Shown: positions 1-7,247 of the stretch, one piece after another
Position numbering within the stretch: position 1 is the stretch's first letter
Layout of the letters: every line of letters starts with the position of its first letter
From: Amoeboaphelidium protococcarum X5
Lineage: Eukaryota; Fungi; Aphelidiomycota
Assembly: GCA_023515725.1 (NCBI GenBank)
Contig: JALDTO010000189.1
Coordinates: forward strand, 1-8,199
DNA length: 8,199 nt
Reading direction: 5' to 3'
Notes under the pieces: generated by a model
Databases searched by the model: none
What the model was told of the DNA's origin: nothing
The model's input: the letters and a program-made list of their open reading frames with translations, nothing else
Made by a program: the position numbers and the translations under genes

Positions 1-80
1 GCTTTGAAAGACTCTTCATCCCACTGAGTATACGCAAATTGGTAGTTACAGAAAAACTGATATGTTAATATCTACAGCAT
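1..80 (-). CDS. Possible 5' end of a divergently transcribed gene running off the window start
   Basis: ATG at cat 78-80, preceded by an AT-rich leader, opens a frame MLQILTYQFFCNYQFAYTQWDEESFK with no TGA to the window edge. It is too short to recognise and could be chance. Confidence 0.2.
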
Positions 81-284
81 TAAATGCAATAATAAATTGG
101 TAGTGACTTGAATTAAAAATATACATTAATAAAGTGCATTGAAAATTCAAATTTATGAAACGAACAATGAAGATTTTAACGATCAAAGTGAAACGCGTTT
201 CAGTCCCTCCGACAGTCGTGATCCTTTTCACAATTCCTCCGGCTCATTGTTATTTTTCGATTCAGTAATACTATTGTTTTAAGT

Positions 285-1598
285 ATGGTTATCGCTAATC
301 ATTTATTATTGGTAGCTTTTACAGCTATTACTGCTGGTGCCAGTTTAATTTAGCATCCACTTATGTAAAGCGATCATGTACAGCCGCTTAAAGTGTATCG
401 TTGTCCATTAAGTGATGAGAAGGCTGCGCAGGCACTGAAGGCTTGGGTGGAGGATCAACAAGCCATCAACCTGCTGGATCACTCGGCAGTTGATATATGG
501 TCTAATGAGCAATATCAAGTAGGTAGGGATTTGGATTTTGCCACATCTGCAGAAGGTGAAATTTAGCCGCCTTCTGGATGTCGATTGCTTCTAAACTCTG
601 CAGAATTGTCTGATCTGATATCAATGGAAAAGCTGGCTTTTCGAGAGATGTTCGCTCCTGATGATGCTGATTGGTTCAAGAATTATCACTCTTTCGATGA
701 TATGACTGCTTCCATAAAGTCTTGGATTAGCGGATGTCCTTCAGCTTCAATGTCCTCTATTGGATAGTCCCATGAAAACCGTGATATAAATGTGGTTCGT
801 TTTAGTAGCGAGACTGGTTCCGCAGCGAAAAATGTGATCTGGATATCTGGCGGTATACATGCCAGAGAATTTATAAGCTCTCATGTGGCCTCTTTCATCA
901 TTAGAAGCATTGCTGATATGTACAACTCTGGTGATGAGCTAGTGACCGAATTTTTGCAGCATTATGAATTCGCCATTGCATTCCACATCAATCCGGATGG
1001 GTATGAATTTGCTCGTACTCAGCGCCGAATGTGGAGAAAGAATCGTCGCGCCAACCGTGACAGATCGTTTGGAGTTGATCTCAATCGTAATTTTGATGTG
1101 TTTTGGGGTAATGGTGGCTCATCTAGATCTCCATGGTCTGATACGTATATGGGTCCATCTGCTGCATCTGAGCCGGAGGTGGCTGCGATTTAAAACTTTT
1201 TGACTGGTCTGATTCAGGAGGGAAGAAATGTTACCGTGGGTGTAGATTTGCATTCTTATGGACAGTTGATTATGCGTCCATATGGATACACTATGGATGA
1301 TCACCCTGATGAAAAGTACAACAAATAGTTGGGAGATAGTATCAGAGATGCTATTGCTTCACATTAGGACGGTTCCAGGTACAAGTCTTAGAAATCCGCT
1401 GGACTCTACCCTGTTACCGGTGGCTTTGATGACTACATGACGGAGAAGATCGGTGCCATTGGTTTCACGTGGGAGTTGCGTGATACTGGGCGTTATGGTT
1501 TCATTCTACCCGCCAAGTATATCGAGCCAACTTGTGAAGAAGTGTGGCTGGGTGTGAAGGCGATGATGAGATTCCTGCTTGACAATCCCAAGAATTGA
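285..1598 (+). CDS. Secreted zinc metallocarboxypeptidase, M14A (carboxypeptidase A/B) family, pre-pro-enzyme, 437 aa with TAR=Gln
   Basis: One continuous frame from ATG 285 to TGA 1596-1598 if 8 in-frame TAA/TAG are read as Gln; it joins supplied ORFs 585-767 and 792-1193. Hydrophobic signal-like N-terminus (MVIANHLLLVAFTAITAGAS), then a ~100 aa pro-region. M14A motifs: WFKNYHSFDD, GGIHARE (Zn ligands H69/E72), NPDGY, MWRKNR, GVDLNRNF, GPSAASEPE, DLHSYGQ (H196), LYPVTGG, FTWELRDTGRYGFILP (catalytic E270). Confidence 0.95.
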
Positions 1599-1784
1599 AT
1601 TGCTGCTTTTTGCTAGTAGTTCTGATGAATGAATTTATGACGACTTTGATAAAAATCTTTTTGTTGACTCGATAGTTTAATTATTTCCTGCATATCGAAG
1701 GTCGTTGCTGTTTGAAAACTACGATTTAGACCAGTTAGAGACATGTGTTTATAGCACTGAATTTCCTCTTCAATCCACGCTTTG

Positions 1785-1814
1785 TCTCCTCTTTCTTTTT
1801 CCCTTCCTCTTTTT
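1785..1814 (+). promoter_or_regulatory. 30-nt pure pyrimidine (CT-rich) tract upstream of the phosphatase gene, possible core-promoter element
   Basis: TCTCCTCTTTCTTTTTCCCTTCCTCTTTTT ends 57 nt before ATG 1872. The tract is seen directly. Its function is inferred from the CT-rich tracts common in fungal promoters. Confidence 0.35.
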
Positions 1815-1871
1815 AAACGTTAGAAAACTGTTAATTAAAAACTAATCAAATATTGAAGTATAGGACTAATA

Positions 1872-2828
1872 ATGAATGTCGATCTACTTTTAGACAATCT
1901 CAAGAACAAGTAAAAGTTGCCCACTGAGAATATGGTGCGCAAGATTTGTGAGCGGATGAAGGAGATCTTGATAGATGAGCCGAATGTGATGCATATAAGT
2001 ACCCCAGTATCAGTAGTTGGAGATGTACATGGATAGTTTCATGATGTTCTGGAGATATTTAGGATAGGCGGAGAGTGTCCGGATACTAATTATTTGTTTC
2101 TTGGAGATTACGTGGACAGAGGGTATTATAGCGTGGAGACAATGCTGCTCCTGTGTCTTCTAAAGATCAAGTATCCGCAGCGGATTAATCTACTTCGGGG
2201 AAATCATGAGTCCAGAGCTGTGACTTAAGTTTATGGATTCTATCTGGAGTGTCAGCGAAAGTATGGATCATCCAATGTATGGAACTACTTCACTGATATG
2301 TTTGACTATCTCACACTCTCAGTCATGATTGACAACTCTATATTCTGTCTGCATGGTGGCTTGTCGCCTTGTATTCATTCAATAGATTAGATCAGAGTAC
2401 TGGATAGATTTAAAGAGATTCCTCATGAAGGAGCTATAGCTGATATAATGTGGTCGGATCCTGAGAATGATAAAGATGATTTCTAAATGAGTCCGCGAGG
2501 TGCTGGCTACACGTTTGGCGCAGAGGTGGTGAAGCATTTTAGTTATGTCAACGATGTGTCTCACATACTGCGGGCGCATTAACTTTGCATGGAAGGCTAT
2601 CAGGTGCTCTTCGAGAATCGACTCTCCACAGTATGGTCTGCCCCAAACTATTGCTATCGCTGCGGAAATGATGCCAGTATACTGGAGATATGGGGAGTGG
2701 ATCCGCAGCAGAGGCGATTCAACGTATTCTCAGCTGCCCCGGAAAATGAACGAGACACTGCCGCTGGTAATGCAACTGCAGATGGATAAGTTGGGCGGCG
2801 ACAGGCGGAAAATTAGTACTTTCTCTGA
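1872..2828 (+). CDS. PPG1: Ser/Thr protein phosphatase catalytic subunit, PP2A-like PPP family, PPG1 subtype, 318 aa with TAR=Gln
   Basis: ATG 1872 to TGA 2826-2828 with 8 in-frame TAR. PPP motifs: GDVHG[TAG=Q][37 protein letters not shown][TAA=Q][13 protein letters not shown]-terminus is ...AEN[TAG=Q]YFL-stop, the methylatable YFL tail of PP2A/PP4/PP6/Ppg1. Segments [48 protein letters not shown] match my recollection of fungal Ppg1 better than PP2Ac, PP4 or PP6; the subtype is less certain than the family. Confidence 0.93.
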
Positions 2829-2927
2829 CACTTTGTATATACTGTAGAATGATTAAATAGTCTTGTTTATTGATCTTTGAAGTTTCCCGATGAGGTAAAA
2901 ATTTACTACATTTCTATTGCGGATTCT

Positions 2928-4589
2928 TCAAATGTCTAAATTGCATTCAAGTAGCAACTCGTCCAGCAGTAGCATGTGCCGTTAATCTCCAATCTGACTT
3001 TCAAAAAATGGATCTTGGTCATCATCTTCCACAGTCACCTTTCGATCATAATTATTCTGGCTGAGTTTATCAAGCAAGCTGTCATGAGATGTAAAGTAGA
3101 ATCGCAGATCATCGATGAATGGAACAGAGTCAGTCTCTTGTCGCGCTTTGATAGAGCTAGCACTCTGTATAATCAAAGTCTTCAATTCATTACGCTCATA
3201 TCCGTCCTTTAGAATCTAATCAAAATGCTTGGCAATATATTGAATGCATTTCTGTTCGACACGATCAAGATTAAGTTGTAAGGAGACTTTAATAATCTCC
3301 CAAATGGACACATCCATCACACTTAGAGTTGTGTTTTAATCAGCACTAAAATCTGACGGTTTAATGACATTACTCAGAGCCACGCATAGAGACAGTGCAG
3401 CCAGCGAACGCAAGCCATCCATCAGAAAAAAGTCTGCAACTATCAATATTTTGAATGCAGTCGACACTCTATCCACCTTAATTTTTAAACGGCCACAATA
3501 AATAAACTCCAAAACACTCATAACGGTAGACTCATCAATATATCCAGCTGGTTCATTCAGTTTAATACTTTGACATGCGGAGTCTCCAACACCATAATCC
3601 AGAAGATCATTGAAAAAGTCGGACCCCATCATCAATATAGCTTTGTGTGCTGGTATTCGCAACTAACCGATATTAAGTATGATATCAGCATGAAACCGGT
3701 GCATAAGATCTTGATCAGGCAAATTTTATAACGCTTAATCACTCGCAATTGGAATAATGTAATTTCGCTGTATATCATCCTACACCTGCTGGCTATAATC
3801 GGAAATTTTCACCAACTACTTTCTGTTCTAACTTTTGCCGATATCAAGCAATTATTTCTCGAGCGCTGTCAACTTCCAGGCTTTAATGACGATTTCTAAG
3901 CACTCCAATTCAAACCGATCAAGTTTGGATACCGTAATTGTACCAGTGTAAAGCCAGAATAATACAGATTACACAACTAGCGGTAGAGCTGAAGGGTGGG
4001 AGATTGTTATAGAAGATCGATCTTTAAATCGGCCGTTAAGAATATCATTAAAGTAACAACTTCTCCAACGCAGAATGCATTTATGAACTTTATACTCGCT
4101 CTAAACACTTCCACCAGCACCCTTAACCACAAAAGTCAAGTCAGTAAGCTTCTAATCAAAAAATAATCGAGACATTACGGAGACAAACTGATTCGAGTTT
4201 TCAAATGACTTGGAAAAGTTATAATCACGCAACAAGTTCCGAATCTTGTTATTCAATGCTCCGTAATACAATCTCTCAGCATCGAAACTATTGGGCTCAA
4301 TCTTGACAGCGCCACTATCTAGAAAGTAATGTACAATCTAGAGGTGTCCACAGAGTACCGCGTAATATAGAGGCGACGCAGAGAACATATCCTTGTCATT
4401 GATGGGTGCATTCTCCATTTCTACCAAGTACTTTACTCTATCAATGTCATTCATCTTAACTGCCAAGATGAGCTCTTATGAAAGTTGACTATTTCTCCCA
4501 CTAAATTGCGTCTCACTCTACGTGAAGTTATGAGCGATACTATCGACATCAGTTGAAGCGTTCTAGTCATTAGAGTATGGTAAAGACAT
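2928..4589 (-). CDS. ABTB1: Ankyrin repeat and double BTB/POZ domain protein (ABTB1/BPOZ, fission yeast Btb3-like), putative Cullin-3 adaptor, 553 aa with TAR=Gln
   Basis: Single minus-strand frame from ATG (cat 4587-4589; upstream in-frame TGA at 4629-4631) to TGA (tca 2928-2930); it joins supplied ORFs 3336-3662 and 2982-3185. Ankyrin region: ELILAVKMNDIDRVKYLVE...SPLYYAVLCGHLQIVHYFLDSGA...FDAERLYYGALNNKIRNLLRDY. BTB1: TDLTFVV...YKVHKCILRWRSCYF...WLYTG. BTB2: ADIILNI...IPAHKAILMMGSDFF...VLEFIYCG. ABTB1-type C-terminal motif: SASSIKARQETDSVPFIDDLRFY. Confidence 0.92.
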
Positions 4590-5207
4590 GATAGCTGTAC
4601 TGTTTTAATGAAAATGAAATTTCGGGTTTCAAGATCAGCAGATTGTCGTCTGTACGGTAGTAGAAACAAGAAATCGCCAAAAGAGTTTCAATAAATCGTC
4701 AAATGATCGTCAGGCTACGTCCATCTACTGCAAATCCAAGAATATCTCTATTCTGTACTAGACAACAGAGAATAAATAGCGACCAATTCTTCCAGGAGTG
4801 CGAATGGTTCTCCTTTTCCATTTGCGAATCGTAACCACTGTCTGACTATATATGAGACACACTGATAAAATGATCTCCATTCAGATATAGTCTTCAGTAA
4901 CTATTCATCTGATTTCTATAGTTTTTCACAACCACTACTGCGAGCCACATGCTTTTCTCTCCTCGATAATCGATAAGTTTTCCATTCTGGGAATGAGATG
5001 ATCTGCAGAATGATGAACAGAATGACACATGATCGTGACTAGCATTGTTGAAGTGACTCATAATGATTGTATCAATTTACACTTATGACTTCTCACATTG
5101 CCTCTATCATCATCGTCTTTGTTCAGTACATCAAAGCTTCACCTTTAGTTTTATTATTATCATAAGTACTCAAAGTACACACAGTGATTAACAGTTAAAA
5201 ACTTGAT

Positions 5208-6299
5208 ATGAAGTTGATTCGTTTGACACAACGCAACTTGAGCTACTTGCGCATCTCCACCTCGACTGCGCGCTATGCTTCTGCCGCTGCTCCTAATCCA
5301 AAGCCTTCTGCATCCAATTAGTCTAGTGATAAGGGCCACCTGTCTGAGACTTCAAAGAAGGATCCTAACTCTGCCTACTATTAGGAAGAAGCTGAAACGT
5401 ACTCTGAACAATAGCATAATGTTGATAGTCCACTTAAGCATAAGACTATGAAGATTGGTTGCGATGGTGAACACTAGGCACAGACCGAATAGGGCGCCTT
5501 AGGTGAAGATAGTAGCGAGAATATAATGAAGAATACCAGTCGCGTTGATGGCTATGGCCCGCTGAATACAGGCCAGGATGATGCTGGTGATTCTGCACAG
5601 TAATAAGGCAGAGTTCACGTATCTGGCGTGAAGAGCGATGGAGATTTCCAGTCAGTAGGAGACCAAGAAGCGATGGGAGAAAGATTAGGAGGTACTATGA
5701 GTAATTCAGATACCAACTAAGATGAGTCAATGACTGGCCGCTTGAAGAGTCTCGGCATGAAGATCATTGATGGGCTGAATCCGCAGAAACATCGCGCCTC
5801 TGATGATGGAAGCCACACGTACCAGGAGGGATTGAAAGAACGTGCTGAGAATGCTGGATAGTAGTTGAAGCACACCGCTTAGCAAGGAAAAGGCTACTAT
5901 GAAGATTTTAAAGATACTGCAAAAGATTATGGTGATGAGGCGATGGACCGCTCCCAGGATATGGTAGATTAAGCCAAGCACAAGGCATCGCGCGTTGCTG
6001 ATCAGGCCAAGAGAGGAGCCGCCAATGTTACGTAGAAAGTCTCGCACGCTATGGATGATACTGACATGAAGCACAGTGCTCACCAGGAGAAGGAGAATCT
6101 GATGGGCAAGATTCATCACTCTGAGTAAAAGGTCAAGGAAATGGCTCATGAGGCAAAGGAAGCTATGACGGGAAAAGTGAAGAACGTTGCTGAGCATATT
6201 AAGAAAGACGCTGCGGATGCTCATGAGAGAATGTTCGATGACAAGTAAGAGTACAAGCGTGCCTAGCATATTGGACTTAAACATAAGCACAAAGATTGA
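5208..6299 (+). CDS. Hydrophilic LEA-like (group 3 / LEA_4-type 11-mer repeat) protein with predicted mitochondrial presequence, 363 aa with TAR=Gln
   Basis: ATG 5208 to TGA 6297-6299, open only under TAR=Gln and missing from the supplied ORF track. N-terminus MKLIRLTQRNLSYLRISTSTARY/AS is Arg/Ser/Thr-rich with no acidic residue in the first 40 aa. The body is rich in D/E/K/A/G/Q/H/S with no Trp. The C-terminal half shows 11-residue periodicity: YYEDFKDTAKD YGDEAMDRSQD MVDQAKHKASR VADQAKRGAAN VTQKVSHAMDD. Coding status is well supported; the family call is moderate. Confidence 0.75.
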
Positions 6300-6428
6300 T
6301 ATGCTAATGTTTATGTGGTGTAAGACGCGTATAAATAAAGAATTATCTGATATTCAGTGTTAAGTTTCGTTTTTCTACTGCCTTTTTTAGGTTTAAGCTT
6401 TAACGTCAAGAAAGAGAATTTATTAAAG

Positions 6429-7175
6429 ATGGTGCAAGATACAGAGTGGGATGACATTTTGCGTGAAAAGGGCATAATTGGTCCAAAATAGGATGCCGAT
6501 GAGAAGTAGGCACCGTATATAAGGTCCTCCTAGTAGAGAACGGGCTACGTTGGCGGACATGGTAGCCGTGATGACACGGATGCATCTCGCCATGAAGATT
6601 AATCAGATTCAGAATTGGACAGTCTACTTTCTAATGACGATGATGATGGGGAAGATGAATTCATGGCCAAGTACCGGTAGTAGAGACTGATGGAGATGTA
6701 ATAGGAATAGTATGGACGGTAGTAGAGGAGCGCTCAAGGATCATCTACGCGACAAGATTTAAGTGAAATCACTCGCCAAGACTTTGTATAAATGGTGACT
6801 CGAGCACCCAAAGACCAGCTTGTTATTGTATGTCTTTATAAAACTGGTCTTCCCTAGAGCGATTTGATGGTGAGAATATTACAATAATTGGCTGATGGTG
6901 AGCGTGGCGATGGTGTTAATATGGCGTTCTATAATATTAAACACGATGATTGCATCCCAAATTACCCAGATCGTAATGTACCTACTCTATTCTTTTATTT
7001 GAATGGAGATCTTCTGGTTCAGAAGGTTAATCACCAGATACCTGGCCTGTCAATACCATCTGGTCGTGCTAGTTAACCTCAACTAGATGATGATCAATTT
7101 GAAATGCTTTGTTAAACCATAGACTGTCTATTCTCCCAATGGTGTAGTCAATACAAATCTCTCCTGAAGAAGTGA
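6429..7175 (+). CDS. PLP2: Phosducin-like protein 2 (PhLP2 / Plp2 / PDCL3-type CCT co-chaperone), 248 aa with TAR=Gln
   Basis: ATG 6429 to TGA 7173-7175 with 17 in-frame TAR. N-terminal signature DTEWDDILREKGIIGPK, acidic linker then EDEFMAKYRQQRLMEM, thioredoxin-like domain EITRQDFVQMVTRA...VIVCLYK...CIPNYPDRNVPTLFFYLNG. Confidence 0.9.
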
Positions 7176-7247
7176 ACATTTTATTGTTATTACTGTCAAT
7201 AAAAATAATATCTGTTCATAGAAATAATAATAATTTTTACATTCCAG

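Noticed and set aside
46-231. Supplied 61-aa minus-strand ORF
   Set aside because: It starts at GTG, lies in AT-rich intergenic-like DNA, and ends at a TAA that is not a stop in this genome.
1599-1628. In-frame backup TGA TGA shortly after the carboxypeptidase stop, and a TGA at 2850 after PPG1
   Set aside because: Not seen consistently after the other genes; the sample is too small to claim tandem-stop selection.
1819-1863. Possible 5' UTR intron before PPG1 (ACTAAT branch-like word followed by TAG)
   Set aside because: There is no convincing 5' splice site, the protein N-terminus is already complete, and it cannot be supported without transcripts.
964-3212. Supplied short ORFs 964-1203, 1119-1304, 2379-2579, 2545-2847 and 2976-3212
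   Set aside because: They are alternative-frame or antisense overlaps of well-supported genes and show no recognisable motifs.
4451-4669. Supplied 72-aa minus-strand ORF
   Set aside because: It overlaps the ABTB1 start in a different frame and has no recognisable content.
4703-4855. 50-codon ATG-to-TGA ORF (MIVRLRPSTANPRISLFC...) in the divergent spacer
   Set aside because: ORFs of this length arise easily by chance when only one stop codon exists, and it has no motif support.
5727-6290. 187-aa hydrophobic minus-strand ORF in the supplied track
   Set aside because: It is the antisense shadow of the K/D/E/H-rich LEA-like gene; codons with a middle A give hydrophobic codons on the opposite strand. 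It has no family motifs.
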